A stretch of DNA of 64,000 bases from Nitrososphaerota archaeon (GTDB lineage: Archaea > Thermoproteota > Nitrososphaeria_A > Caldarchaeales > Calditenuaceae), in NCBI GenBank assembly GCA_041641295.1, contig JBEPYO010000001.1, positions 78,678 through 142,677 of the forward strand. The letters are read 5' to 3'. A model generated the notes under the pieces. That model did not search any database, was not told the origin of the DNA, and saw only the letters and a list, made by a program, of their open reading frames with translations. The translations under genes and the position numbers were made by a program. This document shows positions 1 to 10,368 of this stretch, piece after piece (the first letter of the stretch is position 1; the number at the start of each line of letters is the position of its first letter).

Positions 1-1707
1 AAGCTGAGGCCTGAGGGCGATGTTGTCTTCTCCACCTCAGGAGTCGCTTCGGGGCCGGTAACCTTCATGCGGATTATAGACACAGTAACCGAAGTGGTGA
101 AGCAGGGTGGGAAGAGGAGGGGGGCGAATATGGGTATCTTGGAGGTCTGGCATCCGGACATTGAGAAGTTTATCCGGGCAAAGGAGAAGGAGGGATTCTT
201 AGAGAACTTCAACATCAGCGTACTCATAGATGACAAGTTTATGGAGTGTCTCGAAAACGACACTCCTTACGAGCTCAGGAACCCGCGAGACGGTAAGGTT
301 TGGGGGACGAAGAGCCCCTCACACCTCTTCCACCTCATAGCTGAAATGGCATGGAAGACCGCTGACCCCGGAGTCCTATTCCTCGAGAACATCAATAGAA
401 GAAACCCGCTTCGGAAGGCCCTCGGCAACATTACTTCCACCAACCCCTGTGGGGAGGAGCCCCTATACGAGTATGAGTCCTGCAACCTAGGCTCCATCAA
501 CTTGTATGCATTCGTGAGGTCTACTGAGAAGGGGAAAGAGATTGACTGGGATGCTCTCCGGGAGGCTGTGAAAATCGCCTACAGGTTCCTAGACAACGTG
601 ATAGATGTGAACAACTATCCACTACAGAGCATAGACGAGATGTCGAAGAAGACGCGGAGAATCGGGCTCGGATTTATGGGGCTTGCAGACCTCCTCTTCG
701 CACTGCGTATCCCATACAACAGTGAGGAGGGGTTCAGCCTCATGCAGAGGATAACAGAGTTCATAGCGTATCACGCCTACAGTGAGAGCATTGAGCGTGC
801 CAAGGAGAGGGGAGTCTTCCCACTCTATTGGGAAAGCTCTTACGTAAATGGCCAGCTCCCACTGGAGGGCTTCTATAAGAGGGAGCTCTGGACAATGGAT
901 TGGGACAGAATCGCTGAGGATGTAAAGCGCTACGGCATCCGCAACAGCTTCCTAATGTCAATCGCACCCACCGGCAGCATATCCATGCTGGTAGATACGA
1001 GTTCGGGTCTAGAGCCTGTCTTCGCACTGATTTACGAGAAGCACGTGACCGTCGGCGTTTTTCACTACATAGACCCGGAGTTTGAGAACTACTTGAAGGA
1101 AGCAGGCCTCTATAACGAGCAGATCTTCAAGATGGTTGCTGACAACGGAGGCTCAATACAGGGTCTAGACGTCTTTCCAGAGGAGGCTAGGAGGGTCTTC
1201 GTGGTGGCGTATGACGTGCCATGGTGGGATCATGTGAGGGCCCAGTATCATGTGGGCCTCTGGGTAGACGCGGCAGTCAGTAAGACGATTAACATGCCCA
1301 GCTGGGTTACTGTCGAGGATGTCAAGAACGCGTACCTATTCGCCTACAAACTCGGGTTGAAGGGCATTACAATCTACAGGGACCTCTCAAAGTCTACGCA
1401 AGTCTTGGTAACTCCGAGCCAGAGGGAGTCGAGGTACGTTACAGTCGTGGAGAATAATACGCTGAACATTATGAGGGGGTTGGGCATTGAAATCAAGGTT
1501 CCATCGCCTGAGAAGGCTCGGAGGACTGCCATACCTCTTCAAGTATCGCTAACAGAGCCGCGAGAAGAGCCAATCTTAAACATCGAGACGGGGAGCGGTG
1601 AAGAGAAGTACGATGTTTGTCCAGACTGCAAAAGCAGGAACCTAGTGTGGCAGGAGGGCTGTGTGAAGTGCATTGACTGCGGCTGGACCAGCTGCGTGAT
1701 TTCTTAG
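1..1707 (+). CDS. Ribonucleotide reductase, probably class II adenosylcobalamin-dependent. The 5' end is cut by the window edge, because the frame is open back to position 1.
   Basis: Motifs 'GGKRRGANMGILEVWHPDIEKFI' and the active-site 'TNPCGEEPLYEYESCNLGS'. The C-terminal tail is Cys-rich and looks like a zinc ribbon (CPDCKS...CVKCIDCGW). Frame 1 has no stop from nt 1 to 67. Confidence 0.8.
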   Translation, partial: KLRPEGDVVFSTSGVASGPVTFMRIIDTVTEVVKQGGKRRGANMGILEVWHPDIEKFIRAKEKEGFLENFNISVLIDDKFMECLENDTPYELRNPRDGKVWGTKSPSHLFHLIAEMAWKTADPGVLFLENINRRNPLRKALGNITSTNPCGEEPLYEYESCNLGSINLYAFVRSTEKGKEIDWDALREAVKIAYRFLDNVIDVNNYPLQSIDEMSKKTRRIGLGFMGLADLLFALRIPYNSEEGFSLMQRITEFIAYHAYSESIERAKERGVFPLYWESSYVNGQLPLEGFYKRELWTMDWDRIAEDVKRYGIRNSFLMSIAPTGSISMLVDTSSGLEPVFALIYEKHVTVGVFHYIDPEFENYLKEAGLYNEQIFKMVADNGGSIQGLDVFPEEARRVFVVAYDVPWWDHVRAQYHVGLWVDAAVSKTINMPSWVTVEDVKNAYLFAYKLGLKGITIYRDLSKSTQVLVTPSQRESRYVTVVENNTLNIMRGLGIEIKVPSPEKARRTAIPLQVSLTEPREEPILNIETGSGEEKYDVCPDCKSRNLVWQEGCVKCIDCGWTSCVIS

Positions 1708-1756
1708 ACGTTCTCAGAATCGGAATAGGTATTTATCAAGAATCGGTCTCGAGTTT

Positions 1757-2665
1757 TTGGTGGCTCAGGTACTTATTACTGGCTCTCAGGGATTCATTGG
1801 TAGAAGTCTCCGGGAATATCTTGTGAGGGAGGGGTATTCGGTTTTAGGCTTGGATGTTTGTGAAGGTGCGGAGATAAAGGCTAACATCCTCTCGCTGGAT
1901 GAGCTGTTATCATCCCTCCGAGACTACAGGCCGAGCCACATAGTCCATCTGGCAGCGATATCAAACCCCCCTGCATGTAGGTCCGACCCGCACAACTGTC
2001 TAAACACAAACGTCCTCGGCACAGTCAATATGCTTGAAGTAGCCCGTCGACTAGGTGTTGACAGGTTTGTGTATCTCTCTTCAGCCAACGTTTATGGGCC
2101 ACACCCTCCTCTCCCAGTCGTGGAGGAAACCCCTCTCCAGCCACGCACAGTATACGACTACTCTAAAGTCATGGCGGAAAAATGTGTCGAGGCCTACAGT
2201 CGCGTGTATGGTGTTCCCGCAGTGATTTTCAGGTCTTGGAAGGTCTTCGGAGAATACGACTCGCCCCAGAGTGCAATATCTCGGTTTATAGACGCTTGCC
2301 TGAGGGGTGGCGAAATAACGCTGTACAACGGCGGTAGAGACGTTACAGACCCCTACCACGTAGATAACCTGTGCCATGCGATTGAGCTGGCTTTGAGGAG
2401 CGAGAAGGCTGTCGGAGAAGTCTTCAACGTGGGGACTGGAAATGCCGTCTCGATTAGAGAGCTTGCGGAGCTTATAAAGAGGCTGACTTCCTCAAACGCA
2501 GCTCTTAAGGATGCGCCACCGCGGAGTGCGGAGGAGTCGGAGCCCATGATAAGCTATCCATCAATCGAAAAGATCGTGAGGCTACTTGGTTACAGGCCGA
2601 TAGTAAGCCTTGAAGAGGGTCTCAAGAGGCAGATTAGACACCGTCAACGAGCCCTCGGCTTGTGA
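1757..2665 (+). CDS. NAD-dependent epimerase/dehydratase, extended SDR family
   Basis: N-terminal Rossmann motif 'ITGSQGFIGRSL', a YxxxK-like 'YDYSKVMAE', 302 aa. Confidence 0.7.
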   Translation: MVAQVLITGSQGFIGRSLREYLVREGYSVLGLDVCEGAEIKANILSLDELLSSLRDYRPSHIVHLAAISNPPACRSDPHNCLNTNVLGTVNMLEVARRLGVDRFVYLSSANVYGPHPPLPVVEETPLQPRTVYDYSKVMAEKCVEAYSRVYGVPAVIFRSWKVFGEYDSPQSAISRFIDACLRGGEITLYNGGRDVTDPYHVDNLCHAIELALRSEKAVGEVFNVGTGNAVSIRELAELIKRLTSSNAALKDAPPRSAEESEPMISYPSIEKIVRLLGYRPIVSLEEGLKRQIRHRQRALGL

Positions 2666-3827
2666 AAAACTTCTGAGCCATCTCCCTCAGTGCATTATAT
2701 CCGCCAACACCCCGGTCGACATAGGCCCTGACGATATAGATTGGTTTCGCCGTCATCTCGAGGATCCAAGACCTCGCCTCGCGCCTCTCATGGCTTCCAC
2801 TCACCCTTATCGTCAGCTCTGCTGGGCCATACTTTGTGAGTGGAGGTACGACTGACGAGTCGATGTAGACATTCTCTGCGGGCAGGTGGAGTGTTTCGGC
2901 AAGCTCCGCTTCAATCTCTCTCTTCTTCTCGCTAGACCAAGAGGCTGTGTGTGGGCCCTCAGCCCTACCCTCAAAGATCATCTTCGGAAGAATCCTTCTT
3001 GAAAGTGCGTCCATTCTGCCCCTGGATTTCGGGTTGTTTTTGAGCATGCACCAGACTGCGAAGTCGTCGAGGTTTAGGTAGTCTTCAATTGGCAGCTCAG
3101 CTATTCCTGTTAGCTCTCCGCCATACTCCTCCGCCGCCCTGAGGAGCTGGAGCTGGGCTGCCCGGACGGCGTGGTGGAAATATATGTTGAGGAAGGAGTG
3201 GAGCCGTGCTACTGCAAGCTCCTCCAACACCCCCCGCCCCCTCTCATCAATACATATCTCACCATCCTCGATCTTTGTCAGGTAGATGAGACGCCTCACG
3301 TCAATCACCCCGTAGGTCGCCCCTGTGAAGTATGAGTCTCTTAGTAGGAAGTCCAGCCTGTCCACGTCTATAGGTCCCGATACCAGCTTGCTTAGCCTGT
3401 GCTTACCTTCCAGAAGTCCTATGAGTTCGCCTATGTCTATGCCAGCCCCCTCAACGGCTAGTCTCAGCTCGTCGTTGCCCGAGATTATCCTCCTACCTAT
3501 CTCCTCGTGTGTATAGCCCCTCTCGATGAGGAACTCCTCAAATAAGTGTGAAAAAGGGGTGTGTCCTATGTCGTGTAGGAGGGCTGCTGCCTTGAAGACG
3601 CGTGCATCGTCCTCCTGCAGGCCTAAACTCTTTGCAAACTCTTCTGCTAGGACCATGGATCCTAGGGAGTGGTCGAAGCGCGTGTGGCGTGCTCCGGGGT
3701 ATACAAGGTATGCTAGGGGGAGTTGCCCAATTCTCCTCAGCCTCTGAAACGCAAACGTGTCCACGATTCTAAGCTCCCAGTCTGAGAGTGTGATATAGCC
3801 GTGGACCGGGTCCTTAATCAGCTTCAA
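2634..3827 (-). CDS. HD-domain metal-dependent phosphohydrolase, dGTPase/dNTP triphosphohydrolase-like
   Basis: HD motif 'HTRFDHSLGS ... LLHDIGHTPFSHLFE'. 397 aa, typical of the COG1078 family. Confidence 0.65.
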   Translation of the reverse strand: MKLIKDPVHGYITLSDWELRIVDTFAFQRLRRIGQLPLAYLVYPGARHTRFDHSLGSMVLAEEFAKSLGLQEDDARVFKAAALLHDIGHTPFSHLFEEFLIERGYTHEEIGRRIISGNDELRLAVEGAGIDIGELIGLLEGKHRLSKLVSGPIDVDRLDFLLRDSYFTGATYGVIDVRRLIYLTKIEDGEICIDERGRGVLEELAVARLHSFLNIYFHHAVRAAQLQLLRAAEEYGGELTGIAELPIEDYLNLDDFAVWCMLKNNPKSRGRMDALSRRILPKMIFEGRAEGPHTASWSSEKKREIEAELAETLHLPAENVYIDSSVVPPLTKYGPAELTIRVSGSHERREARSWILEMTAKPIYIVRAYVDRGVGGYNALREMAQKFFTSRGLVDGV

Positions 3828-3878
3828 AACCGCTACCCTCCACTTCTAGCCGCCGATATATCATGGTTTCCCGTGTCT

Positions 3879-4742
3879 TTATTTGAGCGCCCCTAGGAGG
3901 AACCCTACTAAGCCTATGAGCATCCAGACTAGATATTCTGACTTGGTCTTTCTGCTTGTATCAGGGTCTCGAAGCAATCTAATGCTGGAGTATGTGAAAC
4001 CTGCGCACGCTATTGTGACTGGCGGTATGTAGAGGGGGCTCATAGCTCCGATGGCTATGGGAAGCGGACTTAGAGCAACGGCGGTGAAGACGAGGCCTGC
4101 ACCTAGTCTCGCCGCAGCATGTTTGCCATGTGTAATTGCATATGTCTTGACTCCGCGACTTCTATCACCCTCCACATCGGAGATCCCTTTGACGACCTCC
4201 CTCCCCATCCCGGCGAGGAAGGACATAGAGGATATAATGGCGACTGGTACGCCTACCGCGCCTTCAGCAAGTATTGCGCCGTAGATGTAGGGAGCGGATA
4301 TTGTGGCACTCACTGCCGCGTTGCCGACCAGTCCCGTCTTCTTTAGGAAGGTATTGTAGGCGAGTGCGAGGGCGTAGAATATAGCCGCCACCAACAGGGG
4401 GCTAGGACCCAAGAGAGCCGATGACGCCAACCCGGCGAGTCCGAGGAGGATTGAGAATGGGACTGCCTCGGAGACTTTGACCAGTCCTGAGGGTATGGGT
4501 CGACTGGGATTGTTGACGGCATCTATTTCCCTGTCTATGATGTCGTTCACAACCATGGATGAAGCCGTTAGACCATAGGCGGTAACCGCTGCGAAAACCC
4601 CCTCTAAAAGTGTGGGAATTCTGCCGCTCTGGACAAAATATCCCACGTAAACCGCGAAGATCATCATCAAGCCGTTTGGGGGACGTGTTATCTCTACGAA
4701 TCCCCTGATCCTCAGAGATTTGAGAGGTTCGTGTCTGTGCAT
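3879..4742 (-). CDS. UbiA-family prenyltransferase, probably digeranylgeranylglyceryl phosphate synthase-like
   Basis: Polytopic membrane protein. Asp-rich motif 'NDIIDREIDAVNNPSRPIPSG'. 287 aa. Confidence 0.6.
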   Translation of the reverse strand: MHRHEPLKSLRIRGFVEITRPPNGLMMIFAVYVGYFVQSGRIPTLLEGVFAAVTAYGLTASSMVVNDIIDREIDAVNNPSRPIPSGLVKVSEAVPFSILLGLAGLASSALLGPSPLLVAAIFYALALAYNTFLKKTGLVGNAAVSATISAPYIYGAILAEGAVGVPVAIISSMSFLAGMGREVVKGISDVEGDRSRGVKTYAITHGKHAAARLGAGLVFTAVALSPLPIAIGAMSPLYIPPVTIACAGFTYSSIRLLRDPDTSRKTKSEYLVWMLIGLVGFLLGALK

Positions 4743-5251
4743 GAGTAGTAGATCACCTCTCCCCTCCGCTCCAGGACTGCGATAATTAGGATCTTCCCCT
4801 TCCTCATAACCTGCTTTGTTGCCTTGAGGAGTTCCTCCATCTTAAGTGTCGAGCCTTCGGGGAAAGGGAAAATGAGATACTTTGAGGTCTCCCTGTTGGA
4901 GGGTTCGTAGAGTCTATAGGTTAGCATGCCGCCAAACCCCATCTTCACTATCCTACCACTGCTTCTCAGGTCTCGGTATACTATGTATCGGGGCCAGAGA
5001 TGGGGCTGTTCTTTAGAGAGCTGGTCAAGGTAGGCCTTGAAGTCTAGAGGGTTGCCCTCTCTGTCTGTGAGGCTGAGCGCCTTCTTCTCGAGGAGATATA
5101 GCACCTCCTCGGGCCAAAGCACCAGCTGGCCCTCAGAAAGATCTCCATACCCCCTCGCCATCATCCCCTCTATATCCCCCTCAACCACTCTGCACCTGTA
5201 GTCTTCAGCTAGGACAGCTTTTAGCCCCCCTCTCTCCAACCCACCGCCCAA
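4712..5251 (-). CDS. endA: tRNA-splicing endonuclease, catalytic subunit
   Basis: 179 aa. Conserved C-terminal region 'YIVYRDLRSSGRIVKMGFGG' characteristic of archaeal EndA. Intron-containing tRNAs are present in the same window. Confidence 0.65.
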   Translation of the reverse strand: MGGGLERGGLKAVLAEDYRCRVVEGDIEGMMARGYGDLSEGQLVLWPEEVLYLLEKKALSLTDREGNPLDFKAYLDQLSKEQPHLWPRYIVYRDLRSSGRIVKMGFGGMLTYRLYEPSNRETSKYLIFPFPEGSTLKMEELLKATKQVMRKGKILIIAVLERRGEVIYYSCTDTNLSNL

Positions 5252-5324
5252 TAATATGTGAGTCAGGTAAAAACATGTATCGAATAAACTATGTTAAGAG
5301 GCTGAGACGTTTGTTTTTGGTTTC

Positions 5325-6881
5325 ATGTCGGAGCAGGGGAGGGAGGAGTTGGAGCTGCACCCCTTGGAGAGGCGTGTACTGAGCCTTATCCTCTCTGAGG
5401 GGCCTCTTGGTTTCGACGAGGTGGCCGCGAAGCTTTCCGTGAACGTGGGTGCCGTGGCTAAGGCGGCAGAGTGGTTGGCAAGTAAGGGGCTTGCAGAGCC
5501 CTCAAAGGCCTCTGTGACGCATGTGTTGACGCTTGGAGAGGAGGGGCTGATATACGTTGAGAAAGGTCTTCCTGAGAGGAGGCTTGTTGAGGTCCTCAGA
5601 TCTATGGGGGGTGAGGCAACGCTCAGCCAGTTGGAATCTGCAGGCATCCTCGGCAAAGATGAGCTAAACATCGGCATCATCTGGGCTAAGAGGAATGGAT
5701 GGATATCGGTCTCTAAATCTGATGGCGAGGTCAAGCTCAAGATTGAGAGGTATCCGGACTCAAAGTCTGACGACGAGCTGGTCCTTGAGATATTGAAGAG
5801 GGGGGCGGCGAGGCTCGAAGATATGGGCCCGCTCCAGGCCGCCTGTGAGAGGTTAAGCCGCAGACCCCGGGTGTTGAGGATTAATGAAGTTGCCAGATAT
5901 GTTCTGACACCTACCAAGAGGGCTCTAAGCCTACCTCCCGAGGTGTTGGCTGAGAGGGAGGAGATTACTCAGTTGACCCCGGAGCTGCTTATCAGTGGGG
6001 CGTGGAGGGAGAAGAGGTTTAGACGGTATGACGTGTATGCTCCTGTTAAGCCTGTACTGGCGCCTAGGCCACACCCGCTAACACACCTCATCCAGCTAAT
6101 CAAGTCCATCTTTGTTGAGCTGGGGTTTGAGGAGATTCAGGGGCCGCTGGTGGAGCTCGCCTTCTGGAACTTCGACGCACTCTTCCAGCCGCAGGACCAC
6201 CCGGCCAGAGAAATGCACGACACCTTCTATCTTTCAAGCCCAGCCACAGGTGAGCCGCCAAGAGAGCTCGCCGCCAAGGTTGGCAGAGTCCATCGGGATG
6301 GTGGGGCGACAGGCTCAAGGGGCTGGGGATATGAATGGAGCATCGAAGAGGCTTCACGCCTAGTTCTGAGAACACACACTACAGCAACCACTATACGGCA
6401 TCTCGCCCAATCTCCGAAGAGGCCCCTGAAAGTCTTCACAATAGACAGGGTCTACCGTAACGAGAAGGTTGACTGGCGGAGGCTGGCCGAGTTCCACCAG
6501 GTGGAAGGCATACTCGTAGATAAGAACGCAAACTTGAGACAGCTGATGGGGGTAATAAAGGAGTTCTACGCGCGGATGGGGCTTAAAAAAGTCAGATTCA
6601 GGCCCAGCTACTTCCCCTACACAGAGCCTTCGGCAGAGGTAGATGTCTACGTGGAGACTAAGGGTAGCTGGGTTGAGCTCGGCGGCATGGGCATCTTCAG
6701 GCCTGAAGTGACTTTGCCTCTTGGGGTCAGGGAGCCGGTCCTCGCTTGGGGACTGGGTCTCGAGCGTCTCGCCCTCCTACTACTCGACGTGGATGACGCG
6801 CGGATACTCTACCAGAATGATCTCAGGTGGCTCCTCAGCTTCAACCCTCTAAAGCTCGAGAAGCTCAGGGTGAGTGGCTAG
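5325..6881 (+). CDS. pheS: Phenylalanine--tRNA ligase alpha subunit
   Basis: Class II aaRS motifs 'FNFDALFQPQDHPARE', 'FRPSYFPYTEPS' and 'GWGLGLERLA'. 518 aa, with an archaeal-type N-terminal extension. Confidence 0.9.
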   Translation: MSEQGREELELHPLERRVLSLILSEGPLGFDEVAAKLSVNVGAVAKAAEWLASKGLAEPSKASVTHVLTLGEEGLIYVEKGLPERRLVEVLRSMGGEATLSQLESAGILGKDELNIGIIWAKRNGWISVSKSDGEVKLKIERYPDSKSDDELVLEILKRGAARLEDMGPLQAACERLSRRPRVLRINEVARYVLTPTKRALSLPPEVLAEREEITQLTPELLISGAWREKRFRRYDVYAPVKPVLAPRPHPLTHLIQLIKSIFVELGFEEIQGPLVELAFWNFDALFQPQDHPAREMHDTFYLSSPATGEPPRELAAKVGRVHRDGGATGSRGWGYEWSIEEASRLVLRTHTTATTIRHLAQSPKRPLKVFTIDRVYRNEKVDWRRLAEFHQVEGILVDKNANLRQLMGVIKEFYARMGLKKVRFRPSYFPYTEPSAEVDVYVETKGSWVELGGMGIFRPEVTLPLGVREPVLAWGLGLERLALLLLDVDDARILYQNDLRWLLSFNPLKLEKLRVSG

Positions 6882-6883
6882 TT

Positions 6884-8545
6884 ATGCCTGCCATCACATT
6901 GAGGGTTGACAGGGTATCCAGATTTGTGGGCATCAATCTATCCTCCAACCAGATAGCGGAGCTGGCGGCCGCGTTGGGAATGTCTGTCGAGGAGGTGGGA
7001 GAGACTGAGGTCAAGGTCGAGTATAACCCCAATCGCCCAGACTTTGGAAGCCAAGCCTCTATCGCAAGGGCCTTTAAGGGCCTGCTCGAGATCGAGCTAG
7101 GAGCTGGGAAATATTCTGCGAGAGCCTCCGGGATCGTCGTAGAAGTCGAGAGAAGCGTCCAATCTGTGAGACCTTACATCGCATGTGCACTGGTTCGCTC
7201 ATTAAACCTAGACGAGGAGGATATAGCGGACCTCATAGTATTGCAGGAGGACCTCCACTGGATTTTGGGCCGCGACCGCCGTAAAGTCGCCATCGGCATA
7301 CACGACTACTCTAAGATCCGGCCACCATTCACCTACCGTGCAGTCGGCCTCTCGGAGATACGCTTCATCCCGCTCGGCTCCTACCAAGAAATGACCCCAC
7401 AGCAAATACTAGCCGAGCATCCCACCGGGAGAAAATATGCTTGGATACTCCAAGGAAAGGACTTAGCGCCAATAATACTGGATAGCCGTGGGAACGTCCT
7501 CTCATTCCCACCAATAATCAACTCCTCCCTCACGGAGCTGAGACCCGGCGCGCGAGAACTATTCATAGACGTTACAGGCACAGACGAGAAAGCTGTAAAC
7601 CAAGCACTAAACATACTGGTCACCACACTGATAGACCTTGGTGGTGTCGCATACAAGACCCTTATAAAATACAAGTACAGGAGGAGACAAGTCTACACCC
7701 CCAACCTCTCAACCACCAAGTGGGTCTTGGACCCGAGCCTCGCATCGTCCCTCATCGGCCTAGAACTATCGATGAGAGATATTGTGAAGGCTTTGCGTAG
7801 AATGAGGCTTGATGCTAAAGCGTCGCGCGGGAAGGTGGTCGTGGGTGTACCGCCCTACAGGGTCGATATTCTACACCCCGTCGACCTAGTCGAGGAGGTT
7901 GCGATAGGCCTCGGCTACCAGAACCTCGAGCCCGTGTTGCCAGAGACGGCAGGAATAGGGGCTCTACTGCCGGTCTCGAAGGCCCTAGACGTTCTGAGAC
8001 AGTTTATGCTCGGTATGGGCTTCACAGAGGTGGTAAACACGACACTCTCCAACACGGAGAGGGACTTTAACTGGATGCTCATCAACCGGGAGCCTGGAAT
8101 AAAGATATTGAACCCGGTCTCCATAATGTACGACTGTCTTAGAGAGCTGCTACTCCCCGGCCTCCTCTCAAACCTAGCCGCCAACTCGAAGAACCCGTAT
8201 CCCCAGCGCCTATTCGAGCTCGGAGACGTGATAGTCAGGAATGACGCGCTACCGGAGAAGGCTGGAAGAGAGAAACACCTAGCCTTCGTTGCCTGCCACT
8301 CTACTGCGTCTTTCTCCGAGTTAAAGGCGGTGTTGGAGGAAGTTCTCCGCCTATTCGAGATGGAGAACAGTCTGTCCGCGAAGGACTATCCCTTCTTCAT
8401 CCCTGGTCGCGGAGCAGCAGTGGTTAAGGAGGGGGTGGAGGTCGGCTTCATAGGCGAGGTACATCCCTCCGTCTTGGAGAACTTCGGCCTCTACATGCCC
8501 GTTGTAGGCTGCGAACTCAACCTCTCACTACTAGGCATAGCATAG
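6884..8545 (+). CDS. pheT: Phenylalanine--tRNA ligase beta subunit. The start is taken at the ATG just after the pheS stop; the ORF is open from 6827.
   Basis: B3/4 and B5 domain pattern, immediately downstream of pheS, archaeal-size beta subunit of about 550 aa. Confidence 0.8.
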   Translation: MPAITLRVDRVSRFVGINLSSNQIAELAAALGMSVEEVGETEVKVEYNPNRPDFGSQASIARAFKGLLEIELGAGKYSARASGIVVEVERSVQSVRPYIACALVRSLNLDEEDIADLIVLQEDLHWILGRDRRKVAIGIHDYSKIRPPFTYRAVGLSEIRFIPLGSYQEMTPQQILAEHPTGRKYAWILQGKDLAPIILDSRGNVLSFPPIINSSLTELRPGARELFIDVTGTDEKAVNQALNILVTTLIDLGGVAYKTLIKYKYRRRQVYTPNLSTTKWVLDPSLASSLIGLELSMRDIVKALRRMRLDAKASRGKVVVGVPPYRVDILHPVDLVEEVAIGLGYQNLEPVLPETAGIGALLPVSKALDVLRQFMLGMGFTEVVNTTLSNTERDFNWMLINREPGIKILNPVSIMYDCLRELLLPGLLSNLAANSKNPYPQRLFELGDVIVRNDALPEKAGREKHLAFVACHSTASFSELKAVLEEVLRLFEMENSLSAKDYPFFIPGRGAAVVKEGVEVGFIGEVHPSVLENFGLYMPVVGCELNLSLLGIA

Positions 8546-8554
8546 ACTCTTAGC

Positions 8555-9400
8555 CTAGTCGGAGTAGCTCTCCTTCCAAGCAGGATATGAGCCGAGAACC
8601 TTCAGCAGAATAGATTTAGCCGCCAGCTCAGACAAAGCTTCACGAACCCTCTCATCGCTTATGTGGCCCTCGAAGTCTACGTAAAAGTGGTATTGCCAGG
8701 GCCTCGCCCTAGTGGGTCTGGACTCTATCTTTGTCAGATTTATCTCCCGTCTCGCGAAGGCGCCGAGAGCCTCGTAGAGAGCGCCAGGCCTGTGGGGAAG
8801 GGAGAAGATTATGCTTGTCTTCTCCTTTTCAGCCCTCTCCGGCTCTCCGCGACCTATCACCAAGAACCTGGTGTAGTTTCTCCCGTAGTCTTCAATCCCT
8901 CGCGCCAAAATCTCCATTGAGTATATCTCGGCGGCCCTGGCGCTTGCAATCGCTGCGACGGTTTTGTCTCCTAGCTCCTTGACGAGCCGGACTGCAGCCG
9001 CCGTGTCGTAGTGGCTGATCGACTCTAGGCCGAGCGAGGCGATGTAGGCCCTGCATTGGGCGAGGGCCTGGGGATGTGATACAACCTTCTTAAGGCCGGC
9101 GATGGTTGCTCCAGGCAGCCCGATTAGGCAGTGGGAGATTCTCAGATTCAACTCGCCTATAACTTTTAGGCTCGTGGTTAGGAGGGCGTCATAGGTCTCG
9201 CCGACGCTCCCCTCAATACTGTTCTCTACTGGTACAACGCCGGCCTCCACCTCGCCCGCCTCCACGCTCATAAAGACTGCGGAGATGGTTTTTCGCGGCT
9301 GGGGCTCAGCCCTCTCGCCGAAGTACCGTATAACCGCCTCCTCGCTGTAAGCCCCCCTCTCGCCTTGAAACGCCACCTTCAACCCACGCCAACACCACAA
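8555..9400 (-). CDS. pheA: Prephenate dehydratase
   Basis: N-terminal 'KVAFQGERGAYSEEA', a PDT domain followed by a C-terminal ACT domain, 281 aa. Confidence 0.8.
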   Translation of the reverse strand: MWCWRGLKVAFQGERGAYSEEAVIRYFGERAEPQPRKTISAVFMSVEAGEVEAGVVPVENSIEGSVGETYDALLTTSLKVIGELNLRISHCLIGLPGATIAGLKKVVSHPQALAQCRAYIASLGLESISHYDTAAAVRLVKELGDKTVAAIASARAAEIYSMEILARGIEDYGRNYTRFLVIGRGEPERAEKEKTSIIFSLPHRPGALYEALGAFARREINLTKIESRPTRARPWQYHFYVDFEGHISDERVREALSELAAKSILLKVLGSYPAWKESYSD

Positions 9401-9417
9401 CTCGGCCTAATATCCAT

Positions 9418-10368
9418 TCACGCAGCCCGCGCCCCTTTCTCTTTTAACACCTTGATAAGAGCTGGAATGAACTGGTATAAGTCAATGGGGACCGAGTAGT
9501 CCGCCTCCCTATGGATGGGCGCCGAGGTGTCATTATTCACTGCAACAATTATCCTCGAATTCCTGACCCCCACCATGTGTTGCACCTGCCCCGATATTCC
9601 TATTGCGATGTAGAGCTGGGGGCTAATCCACTTACCAGACAGACCTACATGCTTTTCCTCAGGCATCCAGCCCAAGTCGCTTGCTATCGGCCTGCTACAC
9701 GCCAGCTCCGCGCCTAGAAGCTGGGCAAGATCCTCCGCCATCTTCAAGTCCTCCCGCCTCTTAAATCCGCGGCCGACAGAGACCACAACACGGGCCTTAG
9801 AGAGGTCGGCCCCTTTCCTCTCAATCTTTTCAACTGAGACGCGCCTCAGCCTCAAATTCTCTATAGACGGCCTACTGAGCCTCACAGTCTCAAAGCTGCC
9901 GCCCTCCCTCGCTTGTGGCCGCCTTCCTGTCAACTGAATTGTCAGAAGTGCTGGAAACTTCTTAATGGCTACTCTCTCAACATAGCCTCCCCCGAGGAAT
10001 GGTCTCTCAACTACGAGCCTCCCATCATTAAACTCTAGATTGGTGCAGTCCGTCAGGCATGGTGATGAAAGGTTCTGGGCTGTTCTCGCGAAGAGCTCTC
10101 TATAGATCTTCTTAGATGGTCCGATAACTAGTCCCGGCTCACTATTTCTCACTAGGTCGATAACAATTTTTTCAAGTCCCTCGGGTGGAATCTCGTCAAA
10201 ACCCTCTAGCAGATAGGCTCGCTTCAAACCAAGCGATGCGAGAGACTCCCCGTCAATCACGGCCTCTGGGATAAGCGCCTCCACGACCGAAGCTCCAATC
10301 TGGTCTGCGACAGCCCTCATCTCCAGTAGCTCGTCAAGCTCACCTGCCAAAATCAACACAGAAATCAA
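9418..10368 (-). CDS. etfA: Electron transfer flavoprotein alpha subunit
   Basis: FAD-binding C-terminal signature 'PQLYIAIGISGQVQHMVGVRNSRIIVAVNNDTSAPI'. Overlaps etfB by 4 nt. Confidence 0.85.
   Translation of the reverse strand: MISVLILAGELDELLEMRAVADQIGASVVEALIPEAVIDGESLASLGLKRAYLLEGFDEIPPEGLEKIVIDLVRNSEPGLVIGPSKKIYRELFARTAQNLSSPCLTDCTNLEFNDGRLVVERPFLGGGYVERVAIKKFPALLTIQLTGRRPQAREGGSFETVRLSRPSIENLRLRRVSVEKIERKGADLSKARVVVSVGRGFKRREDLKMAEDLAQLLGAELACSRPIASDLGWMPEEKHVGLSGKWISPQLYIAIGISGQVQHMVGVRNSRIIVAVNNDTSAPIHREADYSVPIDLYQFIPALIKVLKEKGARAA

Noticed and set aside
5294-5917. 207-aa minus-strand ORF, Ser/Leu-rich
   Set aside because: It lies entirely antisense within pheS, has low-complexity composition and no motifs. 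It is a shadow ORF of a GC-rich coding region.
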